A stretch of 64,000 bases of DNA from a virus (Duplodnaviria; Caudoviricetes): the IMG/VR virus record IMGVR_UViG_3300010376_002108, positions 14,683 through 78,682 of that record. The stretch is one strand, 5' to 3'. Every line of letters starts with the position of its first letter. Positions within the stretch are counted from its first letter, which is position 1. Of the stretch, positions 18,366 to 27,715 are shown one piece after another. The notes beneath the pieces were generated by a model. That model was not told the origin of the DNA. It was given only the letters and a program-made list of their open reading frames with translations, and did not search any database. A program made the translations under genes and the position numbers.

Positions 18366-19181
18366 GTGCTGTGCCCCGGGCAGGTGTACGAAACCAGCGT
18401 GACCGTGCACGGCATCACCAGCGCCCCGTCAACAGCGACGCTCACCGTCACCACCCCCGACCAGCAGGTGCAAACCCTCAACGGCCCCTGGACTTGGGAG
18501 CAGGACGGCACCGACTGGACCGCGTCCTACGACTACCTGCTCACCCAGCCCGGCGCGCACCGGTTCGCGTGGGTCACCCAAGGGCCCGGGACCGCGCCGC
18601 CGCCCGAATACGAGAACGTCCGCAACTTCATCTCGATGGTGTCCACCTCCGACGTGCACCAGCACCTCAACATGACCAGCACAGCCTCCGATGATGAGCT
18701 GGCCCGGTACAAGATGGCCGCCACCGAGCTGGTGGAGGCCAAGGTGGGCACGTGCGTGCCACGGCAGTTCACCGACCCGGTGGACGCCCGCACCGGGCAG
18801 ACGGTGTGGGAGCTGGTGCTGCCGCACCGGCCGATCATGTCGATCGTGCAGGTGGCGTCGGTGCTGCCGTCCGGGCCGGTGTGGACGCCGCCCACGGTCG
18901 CGGCCGACGCCGACGCGGGCACGGTCTACCAGCCGGGGCTGTTCCCGTTTTTCTGGGGGCCGTGGGACGTGACCTACACGTGCGGCCGGGCGGTGTACGC
19001 CGAACGGCACATCCAGGCGTGCCTGGAGCAGATCCGGCACCTGTGGGAAACCCAGCGCGGGTCCATGCCGCCCGCGCTGCTCCAGGGCGAGGAAGTGTTC
19101 ACCGCCACGTCCGGGTGGTCGTTCACCGTGCCCCGGCGGGTGCTGGAGCTGGTCGAGGAAGACATGGTGCCGAGCATCTGA
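18366..19181 (+). CDS. Head-tail connector/adaptor with N-terminal Ig-like domain
   Basis: VHQHLNM...DDELARY..AATELVE; IQACLEQIRHLWETQR; VPRRVLEL. Confidence 0.75.
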   Translation: MLCPGQVYETSVTVHGITSAPSTATLTVTTPDQQVQTLNGPWTWEQDGTDWTASYDYLLTQPGAHRFAWVTQGPGTAPPPEYENVRNFISMVSTSDVHQHLNMTSTASDDELARYKMAATELVEAKVGTCVPRQFTDPVDARTGQTVWELVLPHRPIMSIVQVASVLPSGPVWTPPTVAADADAGTVYQPGLFPFFWGPWDVTYTCGRAVYAERHIQACLEQIRHLWETQRGSMPPALLQGEEVFTATSGWSFTVPRRVLELVEEDMVPSI

Positions 19182-19636
19182 TGCCCGGGATCTCGACCTG
19201 CCCGCAGGTGATGGCCAGCCTGGTGGCCTGGTTTTCCACGGTGCCGCTGAACGACCCGTCGGACGTGCGGTACGGGCCGCAGCCGACCAACAGCGAGGCG
19301 CGGGAGGTTATCTCGGTCGGGCTGACCGGGCCGTTGGAAGACGCCGCCGTGGAAAACACCACCGCCCAGGAAGGGCTGATGCCCTCCTACCGGGAGAACT
19401 ACACCATCCACTGCGCGGTCGCCGTCCTCCAGGGCGACGGCGGCCCGCAGCCCGCAGCCGAGCGGGCGTTCGTCATCCTGGCCGCGTGCACCGCCCTGGT
19501 CAACGCCAATTCCAACCTGGCCGGGGACGCGCTGAACCTGTCCGTGGCGTCGTGGGCGCTGCGGGAAGACCAGACCACCGGCGGCATCAGCCAGCGGCTC
19601 CGGTTCGACGTCAACGTGGACGCGTTCATGCAATAA
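19181..19636 (+). CDS. Tail terminator/neck-like protein
   Basis: ATG overlaps TGA at 19181; size and position; ends LRFDVNVDAF. Confidence 0.6.
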   Translation: MPGISTCPQVMASLVAWFSTVPLNDPSDVRYGPQPTNSEAREVISVGLTGPLEDAAVENTTAQEGLMPSYRENYTIHCAVAVLQGDGGPQPAAERAFVILAACTALVNANSNLAGDALNLSVASWALREDQTTGGISQRLRFDVNVDAFMQ

Positions 19637-19906
19637 GCGGCGCGGGGCTGTGAGAACCAACCTCCTGCCCCGTTGTTCCATTCTCGGCCGCGCCTGGCTG
19701 GCACCGGCCTGAGCGCCGGGTGATTGGCGCACGATACCCTCCGCCCCGCCGGCCCCGCGCCGGCCCCGGGCGGGCGGCAGCAGGCAAACCGTGTGGTGGC
19801 CAGCCCGGCTCGCGGTTTCACACCGCCCGCCTGATCCGGCTGCTCGGCATCGCGCAGGCCAGCCAGCCCATCCCGCCCGGACTGCCCACCCTACAGGGAG
19901 CGCCGC

Positions 19907-21646
19907 TTGACGACCTACCGGCTGTTCCCCTCCACCAGCGGCCCGTCCACCCCCGTCGCCTACAGCGGCAATTTCATCGCCGGGGTCGTGATCGCGGTCA
20001 AAGGCGGCGGCAACTGGTTCAACGGCTACTACCAGTGGGTGTGCCCGTCCGGGCAGTCCACCAGCCCGGTCAAATGCGCCCTCTGGTCGGTCACCTACGC
20101 CGCGAACGGGCACGTCGTCCCCGGGTCGGTCGTCACGTCGGGCACGCTCACCGCCGGGCAGTGGAATTTCATACCGCTGCCCACACCGGTGCAGCTCGCC
20201 CCGTCGCTGGACAGCAACGCGTCATTCAACGGGTCCGCCTACATTCCCGCGATCGGCCTGAACGGCGCGTTCCCTGACACGTTTTCCCAGTTCAACTCGG
20301 GCGACCTGTACGCGGCCGGGATCACCGCCGGGCCGCTGTTCGCCTACTCGGGCACCACCGGGTCCAAGATCGCCCCGTATTCGCTGCACCAGGGCGTGTT
20401 TTCCACCGCCGGGACGGACCCCGCCCTGGTGATGCCGGTCACCCCGGACGGGTCGGGCGACGGCGGGTCGAACCTGTGGGTGGACGCGCAGATCAGCGAC
20501 ACCGCCCCGGCTGGCTACTCCGGGTCCTACCGGCTGTGGCCGAACAAGTCCGATGCCAACAGCAATACCAGCGGCGACGCCGCGTTCAACTACACGGTGG
20601 GCGACGAGGTGCACCTGGCCCAGACGTGCACCCTCAACTACGCCTGGTATTTCGTCCCCGCTGCGGCGACCACCAAGGCCACCCGCGCCGACGTGTGGAA
20701 CCTGTCCGGCACGATCGTGGCGTCGATCACCTCCCCGTCGTGGCTGAACGCCGACGGCACCCCGTTCGCCAACGGCACCGCCGGCACGGGCGAGCTGGGC
20801 GTGTGGGCCAAGACCGCATTCGCCGGCGGCACCACGCTGCCCGCCGGGTCCTACCGGGTGACCGTGTTCAACGCCAACGGCACCAGCGACGCCAACTGGA
20901 ATCCGAAAGACTCCGTCACCGACTACTGGGCGCAGACCTTCACCGGCGCCGGGTCCGGCGGCATCACCAACGGGCCTATCTCCGCCCCGGACTGGCCGCA
21001 CGCCGCATCCGGGTACGTGTACGGCGGGTCAGCGTCGGACACGCCGCCGTTTTCGACCGGCGGCACGACGATCGCGCACGCCCAGCCGCCATTCGGGCAG
21101 AACGGCGGCGGCACCGTGCAAAACCCGGTGCTGTACGCGGCGGTCGGCGCGGGCACGAATCAGAGCCAGGTCTACTGGACCGATCTTGAAGTAACCCCGC
21201 TGGGCACAAACGCCCCGGCGGGACTGGCGACCGGTGCCGGGGCTGCCCGGCAGCCGTCCGTATCTACATCTGGAGGCACCGGCATGGGAGCCGCGCTCAC
21301 CGCTCAGTCATTTCCCCCCGCCGGCGCGGCGGTGGTCTACACCACCAGCGGGTCGGCCACGCCGCTGGCCACGACCGCCAACACGGCGCCTACCGGCTCC
21401 GGCCTGGGCCTGCTGGTCAAGAACGGCGGCGGCTCGCCGGTCACGGTCAACATGACCATTCCGTCCGCGATCACCCTGGACGGGATCGTGCAGACCACCC
21501 CCCTGACGATCAGCGTCGCCGCCGGCGCGGACGAGGTGATCCCGCTGCGCCCGCAACGGTACGCCGACCCCACCATCGGCGGCCTGGCCACGTTCGGCCT
21601 GTCTTCCGTCACCTCAGTGTCGGTTGCCTGCATCAACACCAACTAG
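19907..21646 (+). CDS. DUF4082-like tandem beta-domain virion protein fused to a small conserved tail-region protein
   Basis: Two repeats (GVVIAVK..WFNGYYQWV..ALWS; GDEVHL..LNYAWYFV..DVWN); internal GGAGG+ATG at 21272/21284. Confidence 0.6.
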   Translation: MTTYRLFPSTSGPSTPVAYSGNFIAGVVIAVKGGGNWFNGYYQWVCPSGQSTSPVKCALWSVTYAANGHVVPGSVVTSGTLTAGQWNFIPLPTPVQLAPSLDSNASFNGSAYIPAIGLNGAFPDTFSQFNSGDLYAAGITAGPLFAYSGTTGSKIAPYSLHQGVFSTAGTDPALVMPVTPDGSGDGGSNLWVDAQISDTAPAGYSGSYRLWPNKSDANSNTSGDAAFNYTVGDEVHLAQTCTLNYAWYFVPAAATTKATRADVWNLSGTIVASITSPSWLNADGTPFANGTAGTGELGVWAKTAFAGGTTLPAGSYRVTVFNANGTSDANWNPKDSVTDYWAQTFTGAGSGGITNGPISAPDWPHAASGYVYGGSASDTPPFSTGGTTIAHAQPPFGQNGGGTVQNPVLYAAVGAGTNQSQVYWTDLEVTPLGTNAPAGLATGAGAARQPSVSTSGGTGMGAALTAQSFPPAGAAVVYTTSGSATPLATTANTAPTGSGLGLLVKNGGGSPVTVNMTIPSAITLDGIVQTTPLTISVAAGADEVIPLRPQRYADPTIGGLATFGLSSVTSVSVACINTN

Positions 21647-21658
21647 GGAGAGCCCCGG

Positions 21659-21919
21659 ATGAGCGAGCCAGAGCCCGAGCCGGACACCACCACCGCGCTG
21701 ATCATCAATCCCGCCCTCGGCCCGGACAGCGTCACCGAGGTACCCCGGTCGTCGCTGGTGCACCACTACCGCGCCGGGTGGCGCCCGCTGGCCCCCGACG
21801 AAGGGCCCAAACCGGAAGCCGGAGTGGGCACGCCCGAGGCCGTGTCCCGCGCGGACGTGGCCAAGCAGCACAGCAGCAGGCGCGGCGCTAAGGCCGCCAA
21901 GCAAGAGAGCGAGGACTAG
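21659..21919 (+). CDS. Small hypothetical protein
   Basis: RBS GGGAGAG; precedes the major tail gene. Confidence 0.6.
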   Translation: MSEPEPEPDTTTALIINPALGPDSVTEVPRSSLVHHYRAGWRPLAPDEGPKPEAGVGTPEAVSRADVAKQHSSRRGAKAAKQESED

Positions 21920-21921
21920 AA

Positions 21922-22401
21922 GTGGTTGCGACGCCGATCGGCCTGTCCACCCGGTACATCCCCGAGGGCACGGTCAAGTTCTACTGGGTGGTGTCGATCG
22001 CCACCTACACCTCCCCGACCCGGGCCGAGCTGAACGCGGGCACCGACCTGTCGCCGCAGATCGCCGCGATGGGCGACTGGGACGTCACCGCAACCCCGAT
22101 CGCGGCCCCGGACCTGGTGTCCACGTTCGTGTCGCAGATCGCGGGCACGGTCGCGGCCAACAACACCACCCTCGACATGTACGCCGACCAGGCCACCAGC
22201 GACGCGCGGACGCTGATGCCCCGCAACTCGACCGGGTACATCGTCAAATTCATGGGCGGCGACGTCACCGGCCGCAAGATGGACGTGTTCCCCGTCACGG
22301 TCGCGGCGGCGGCGAAGGCCACCACGCTCACCACGCCGGTGGTCATCTCATTCACCTACGTCGCCACGCGGATCCCCGCCGAAGACGTGGCTGTTCCCTG
22401 A
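21922..22401 (+). CDS. Major tail (tube) protein
   Basis: SPTRAELNAGTDLS, GRKMDVFPV; upstream of the TAC and TMP genes. Confidence 0.8.
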   Translation: MVATPIGLSTRYIPEGTVKFYWVVSIATYTSPTRAELNAGTDLSPQIAAMGDWDVTATPIAAPDLVSTFVSQIAGTVAANNTTLDMYADQATSDARTLMPRNSTGYIVKFMGGDVTGRKMDVFPVTVAAAAKATTLTTPVVISFTYVATRIPAEDVAVP

Positions 22402-22416
22402 CCGGAGGTTCACTCG

Positions 22417-22839
22417 ATGGCGCTGCTCACTGCTGAGGCAATCCTCAAGGCCGACGACCGCAAGATCGAAGTCGTCTCTGTCCCGGAATGGGGAGGCGAG
22501 GTGGCGATCCGGGGCCTGGACGGGCTCGGCCGCGACGACTATTACGCCTCCCTGGCCGACCTGCGCGCCGGGCGCGGCGGCGCGCAGGCCCGCGCGAACA
22601 TCCGCAACGCGATGGCCCGCCTGCTGGTGCTGTGCATCGTCAACAGCACCGACCCCGATGAGGCCCAGCCCATGTTCACCGTCGATCAGGTGTGGGAGCT
22701 GGGGAAGAAATCCGCTGCCGCCCTGTCCCGGTGCGAGGACGTGGCGATGCGCCTGTCCGGCATGTCCGAGGACGAGGTGAAGCTGATGGGGGAAGGCTCC
22801 GCGACCCCGGCGATGAACGGCGATTCTACTTCGAGCTAG
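22417..22839 (+). CDS. Tail assembly chaperone (short form)
   Basis: EVVSVPEWGGEV; position. Confidence 0.85.
   Translation: MALLTAEAILKADDRKIEVVSVPEWGGEVAIRGLDGLGRDDYYASLADLRAGRGGAQARANIRNAMARLLVLCIVNSTDPDEAQPMFTVDQVWELGKKSAAALSRCEDVAMRLSGMSEDEVKLMGEGSATPAMNGDSTSS
22788..22794 (+). other. -1 programmed frameshift slippery site GGGGGAA giving the long TAC form ending at 23000
   Basis: ATG GGG GAA in frame; the -1 frame continues GRLRDPGDERRFYFELAEKLGMTV...SSRELAEW to TAG at 23000. Confidence 0.8.
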
Positions 22840-22996
22840 CCGAGAAGCTGGGCATGACCGTCGCCACTCTGCTGGCGACGGTCAGCTCACGCGAGCTGGC
22901 CGAGTGGGCGGAGTTCTACCAGATCCGGGCGGAGGAAGCGGCCGAGGCGTCCGGGCCGAAACCGCCGGGCAAGCCGCCGCCTGCCGCGCTTTCGTC

Positions 22997-23125
22997 CTAG
23001 CTACCGACGTGGGACAAGATCAGCGCCAGCAGCAGCACGATCACCGGCACCAGGGCGATCCGCACCCACACTGACGGGCGGCGCCACCACGGGCGCGGCC
23101 GGGTGTTCTCGGTGGCCATTGTCAT
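22997..23125 (-). CDS. 42-aa single-pass membrane peptide with its own promoter
   Basis: MTMATENTRPRPWWRRPSVWVRIALVPVIVLLLALILSHVGS; GGAGAGGAAG RBS at 23128-23137; TATACT at 23145-23150. Confidence 0.7.
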   Translation of the reverse strand: MTMATENTRPRPWWRRPSVWVRIALVPVIVLLLALILSHVGS

Positions 23126-23160
23126 CACTTCCTCTCCGCAGCCCAGTATACGGAGGCCCC

Positions 23161-23721
23161 GTGGCCGAGGTTCGCTTGACCGGCACCGGCCCGGCGGAAC
23201 TGAAGATACTCGCTGCCCGGCTGCGCACCGCCGACCCGGAACTGAAACGCGACCTGCGCAGGCGATTCCGCTCGGCTGCGGGCGACGCCGCTGATGCGGT
23301 GCAGCGGTCCGCGCTAGCGCTGCCCGCCGAGAAATACCAGGAAGGGCTGCGGGCGCAAGTGGCGGCCACGATCCGCGTCGAAACCCGCATCACCAGGAGC
23401 GGCATCACGGTGAGCATCGTCAGCGACGGCCGGCGCATGCCGCCGGGCAAGGCAAGCCTGCCCCGGCACATGGACTCCCCGAAAGGCTGGTCGCATCCGG
23501 TGTTCCCGCAGGGCCCCCGGTTCCGGCTGCGCCCGTCCCGCGCCGCCCGGTACATCGGCATCCGCGCATCCAAGCGCCCGCTGGTGCACGAGGGCAACTG
23601 GACGTGGGTACACGAGATGTCCCGCCCGTTCTGGTTTGAGCAGCCCATCATGGACCGGCAGCGGCAACTGACCGACGCGCTCCAGCGGGCGGTCAACGAC
23701 ACGCAGGCGAAGCTGGCCTAG
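23161..23721 (+). CDS. HK97 gp10-like tail/neck protein
   Basis: GTG at 23161 after GGAGG; ELKRDLRRRFRSAA...RPFWFEQP. Confidence 0.55.
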   Translation: MAEVRLTGTGPAELKILAARLRTADPELKRDLRRRFRSAAGDAADAVQRSALALPAEKYQEGLRAQVAATIRVETRITRSGITVSIVSDGRRMPPGKASLPRHMDSPKGWSHPVFPQGPRFRLRPSRAARYIGIRASKRPLVHEGNWTWVHEMSRPFWFEQPIMDRQRQLTDALQRAVNDTQAKLA

Positions 23722-23722
23722 C

Positions 23723-26700
23723 GTGCCGACCAACATCATCCGGTTCGTCCTCGACGTGGTCGAGCACGGCGGCGGCAATTTCGACAAGGTCGCCCGGCAG
23801 ATGGACGGCGCGACGCGGGCGGCCGACCGCAACGCCAAGGCGATGGACGCGCAGGCCACCGTCATCCGCCGCGCCGACGAGACGATGGCCCAGTATTACA
23901 AGCGGCTGACCCTCGGCGGCGGCATCGCCCAGGCGTTCGCCAAGAGCAACGACCAGGTCGGCCGGTCGGTGGACCGCACCCGGGCCAGCGTGGACCGGTC
24001 CACCCGCTCCTACGGGGCGCACACGTCGGCGGTCGCCAAAACCGATCACGCGGTGCGGGACCTGGGCACGACGATCACCGGCACCGGCAAGGCGATGGAC
24101 CTGTTCAGCTTCCGCCGCAACAAGTTCGCCGCCGCGCTGGCCGCGATCGACCTGGGCACCGGGTTCGCGGAAACCGCCATGTCCGGGCTGGGCCTGGCGG
24201 TCGGCGCGGCGGCGTCGATGTTCACGATCGGCGCGGCCGGGATCGGCGCGTACGCGGCGGCGGCGCTGCCCGCGATCACGCAGGTTGCCAAGCTCCAGAA
24301 GCTCCAGGCGCAGGCGGCCACCGGGTCGAAGACGGCGCAGGCGCAGCTCCGCGCGGAGATGAAAAAGACCGGCCCGGCGGTGCTGGAATTCAGCAAGGAC
24401 CTGACCGGCGCCCGGTCGGCGTACGCCGACTGGGGCAAGTCGCTGTCCGCGCCGGTGCTCGCGCCGCTGGACAAGGCGCTGACCCTGGTCAAGCCGCTGC
24501 TGCACGACATCACCCCGCTGGTGCACCAGGCCGCTGACGCGTTCAACGTGCTGATGGGCCAGTTCGCGGACTCGGTGCACGGCGGCGGCCTGTCCCGCTG
24601 GGTGGATTCGATCAAGCGGTACGTGTTCCCGATCCTGGTCAACCTGGGTGACGCGGTCGGGCACGTGATCACCGGCATCGGCTTCCTGGCCCGCGATTTC
24701 GCCCCGTTCGCCACCAAGATGAGCATGGGCCTGGCCGACCTGACCAAGCGGTTTTCCGACTGGGCCAAGACCCTCACCTCGCACACCGGGTTTCAGTCGA
24801 TGGTGGACCGGTGGCGCCAGCAGTGGCCGCTGCTGCGGCAAGGGCTGGGCGACCTGGTCAAGATCTTGTACAACATCGTGCGGAACCTGGCCGCCGCGTC
24901 CACGCCGGCCAACTCCAAGGCGCTGTGGGAAATCGCCAACCCGCTGCTCGCCCTGGCCGTGCGGCTGTCGGGCAGCCCGCAGCTTGTCCAGGTGCTCTCC
25001 TACATCCTGCTGATCGGCGCGGCCCGGTCGAAGATCCTGCCGGTGTTTGAGTCGATGAAAACCGGGTGGAACAGCTTCGCCAAGATCCTGTCCCTGCTGA
25101 CCGGCGGCAAGATCAACCTGGGCCTGGCCGGGTCGGCGGACACGATGGAAGTCGCGGCCAAGCAGATGAACCTGGCCGCTGACAAGATGCTGGAAGCCTC
25201 CCGGGGCGGTTTCGGCGGCGCGGGCGGCGGTGCGGCCGGGTCGGCGGAGCGGGCGGCGGAAAAGGACGCGGCTGCCGCAGCCGAGGGCGCCGCCGGGGGT
25301 GCCGGGATCAAGGGCCTGCTGGGCAAGCTCGGCTCCGGTGCCATGGGCCTGGCCGTGCCGGTCGGCGGCGGCCTGCTGCTGTACGGCACGGTAGTCGCGC
25401 CCGTGCTCAAGTCGATTTCGTCTGGGCCGAGGGGGAAGAACTGGTTCGACAACCCGTTCGGCATGCCCGGCCCCAACGACCCCCGGTCGCGGAACAACTG
25501 GCTGACCTCGTTCGCGCCGTACGAGCGGCTGTTCCACACCGGCACCGCCGGGCCGCAGATCAGCCCGGCGACGTCCCGGTTCGCCGGCCCGGGGCTGGCC
25601 GGGGAGATTCAGGCTCTCGGCCGGGCGCGGCAGGCCGAGGCGAGGGCAGCCGACCAGGCGAAGGTGTACCAGGACGTGCTGGACCGGCTGAGCCGGTCGG
25701 TGCGCGGCGGGGCGTCCCTTCAGGATTCGTACGCGGTGGCGCTGACCAAGTCGGGCCAGTCCACGCTCGGCGCCAAGACGCTGATTGACGAGTACACGAC
25801 GGCGATCATCAATAACGGTGACCGGTCGGCGCAGGCGAAGGCGATCCGGGCGCAGCTCATCACCGATTTCGAGCGCCAGGGCGTGTCCGCGAAAGACGCC
25901 ACCCGGCTGGTCGGGGTGCTCACCGCCGGGATCGACAAGGAAGGCACCAGCGCGGCGGCTAAACGGCGGGCGCGGCTCAACTTGATTCAGGATTTCATCG
26001 ACTCGGGCACGAGGGCCCGTACCGCCGCCCGGCTGGTGGACGCCATGGCCAAGTCGGTGTCGGGCAACGGCACGGCCATGTCCAACGCGCGGGCCGCGCG
26101 GCGCAACTTCATCAATGACCTGATCGCGGTCGGGGTGAAGGCCCCGCAGGCTCGCGCCGACGTGGCCAGCTACACCACGGCGGTGCAGCGGAACGGGGTC
26201 AACTCCGACCAGGCGAAGAACGCCCGGCGGCGGCTCATTGATGACTTGCACCAGGCCGGGGTGGACTCGAAAACCTCGGCCAAGCTGGTGTGGGACCTGA
26301 CCGGGGCGATCGAGAAAATCCCCAAGTCGCGGCACGTGGACATCCTGGTCACCGCGTCGGGCGGCTGGTCGCGGACGTTCCTGCACGACATGAAAACCGT
26401 GTACCACGCCGCCGGGCAGAATTTCGCCCCCGGCGGCATGGCCATCCACCCGGGCATGAAAGCCGGCGGCGGCCCGATCACCGGCGGCACCACGGCCACC
26501 GCTGACGACGTGCCCCTGTGGGCGTCACGCGGCGAGTACATGGTCAAGGCCGCGTCGCATTACAAGTACGGGTCGAAGGCGATGGACGCGGTCAACGCCG
26601 GCCGGGCGTCGATCGTCGTGCCGCAGGGCTACGCCCGGGGCGGGTCGGTGGCCGCCCGCGCCAGCCTGGCCGCCGCGCCGCAGTACGTGGCCACCCGGTA

Positions 26701-27715
26701 CGCCCAGTCCACCGCCAACGCCGAAGACGCGATGGCAGCAGTCACCGCGCCGCTGGTCCGGGCCACCGAGAAACTGGCCCACCAGCTCGCCGCCGGCGGG
26801 TTCGCCATCGTCCGCGAGGCGATGCGCTGGCTAGGCCAGGTGCCGTACGTGTGGGGCGGCACGGCGGTGCCCGGCGGCGCCGACTGCTCCGGGTTCGTGT
26901 CCAACATGTACCAGCGGTTCGGCATCTTCCCGCCGCGCACGTCCGAGGCGCAGGGCGCGTGGGTGAAACACGGGCCGCCGACCCCCGGCGGGCTGGCGTT
27001 CTACCATTCCCCGGCCGGCGGCGCCGACCCGGGGCACGTGGCGATCGTCGGGTTCGGCGGCAAGGTCATCTCCCAGGGCGGCGGGATGGGGCCGCAACTG
27101 GAAAACCTGCGGTTCCTGCCGCTGCTGTGGACCGGCACCCCGCCCGGCGGGTTCCACCCGCAGGCCGGCGGCGGCGGGTTCGCCCACCGGGCGGGCGCGT
27201 GGACGCTGGGCGGCCTGGAAAGACTGTGGGACTCGGTCGGCGGGCCGCCGAGCAAGGCGCGGCTGATGGCCGCTATCGGCCTGGCCGAATCCGCCGGCGA
27301 CCCGCTGGCACGCGGCCCGTCAACCGCGTACGGCCGGGCGGCCGGCTTGTGGCAGATCCTCGGCCTGCCGTTCCCCGGTAACCCGTTCAACCCGACGACG
27401 AACGCGCGGATGGCCCTGGCCAAGTACCGGTCGCAAGGGCTGGGCGCGTGGGCCACCTACGACTCCGGGGCGTACCGGCAGTTCTACAAGACCGGCGCGT
27501 GGTCGGTGCCCAGGACCGAGCCGGCCGTGGTGCACCGGGGGGAGATGATCGTGCCCGCTGACCTGGCGGAGACGGTGCGGTCGGCGCTGACCGGCCACCC
27601 GGGCGGCCCGTACGCCCTCCAGCACGTCGAAAACCAGGTGATCAACGAGACGGTGGACCCGCTGCTGGTCGCCCAGCAGATTTCCCGCCTGGTACCCCGG
27701 GCCGGGTTCGGATGA
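23723..27715 (+). CDS. Tape measure protein with C-terminal NlpC/P60 and lytic transglycosylase domains
   Basis: Long helical Ala-rich body; PYVWGG..ADCSG..GHVAI; LAESAG..GLWQI..NARMA. Confidence 0.92.
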   Translation: MPTNIIRFVLDVVEHGGGNFDKVARQMDGATRAADRNAKAMDAQATVIRRADETMAQYYKRLTLGGGIAQAFAKSNDQVGRSVDRTRASVDRSTRSYGAHTSAVAKTDHAVRDLGTTITGTGKAMDLFSFRRNKFAAALAAIDLGTGFAETAMSGLGLAVGAAASMFTIGAAGIGAYAAAALPAITQVAKLQKLQAQAATGSKTAQAQLRAEMKKTGPAVLEFSKDLTGARSAYADWGKSLSAPVLAPLDKALTLVKPLLHDITPLVHQAADAFNVLMGQFADSVHGGGLSRWVDSIKRYVFPILVNLGDAVGHVITGIGFLARDFAPFATKMSMGLADLTKRFSDWAKTLTSHTGFQSMVDRWRQQWPLLRQGLGDLVKILYNIVRNLAAASTPANSKALWEIANPLLALAVRLSGSPQLVQVLSYILLIGAARSKILPVFESMKTGWNSFAKILSLLTGGKINLGLAGSADTMEVAAKQMNLAADKMLEASRGGFGGAGGGAAGSAERAAEKDAAAAAEGAAGGAGIKGLLGKLGSGAMGLAVPVGGGLLLYGTVVAPVLKSISSGPRGKNWFDNPFGMPGPNDPRSRNNWLTSFAPYERLFHTGTAGPQISPATSRFAGPGLAGEIQALGRARQAEARAADQAKVYQDVLDRLSRSVRGGASLQDSYAVALTKSGQSTLGAKTLIDEYTTAIINNGDRSAQAKAIRAQLITDFERQGVSAKDATRLVGVLTAGIDKEGTSAAAKRRARLNLIQDFIDSGTRARTAARLVDAMAKSVSGNGTAMSNARAARRNFINDLIAVGVKAPQARADVASYTTAVQRNGVNSDQAKNARRRLIDDLHQAGVDSKTSAKLVWDLTGAIEKIPKSRHVDILVTASGGWSRTFLHDMKTVYHAAGQNFAPGGMAIHPGMKAGGGPITGGTTATADDVPLWASRGEYMVKAASHYKYGSKAMDAVNAGRASIVVPQGYARGGSVAARASLAAAPQYVATRYAQSTANAEDAMAAVTAPLVRATEKLAHQLAAGGFAIVREAMRWLGQVPYVWGGTAVPGGADCSGFVSNMYQRFGIFPPRTSEAQGAWVKHGPPTPGGLAFYHSPAGGADPGHVAIVGFGGKVISQGGGMGPQLENLRFLPLLWTGTPPGGFHPQAGGGGFAHRAGAWTLGGLERLWDSVGGPPSKARLMAAIGLAESAGDPLARGPSTAYGRAAGLWQILGLPFPGNPFNPTTNARMALAKYRSQGLGAWATYDSGAYRQFYKTGAWSVPRTEPAVVHRGEMIVPADLAETVRSALTGHPGGPYALQHVENQVINETVDPLLVAQQISRLVPRAGFG

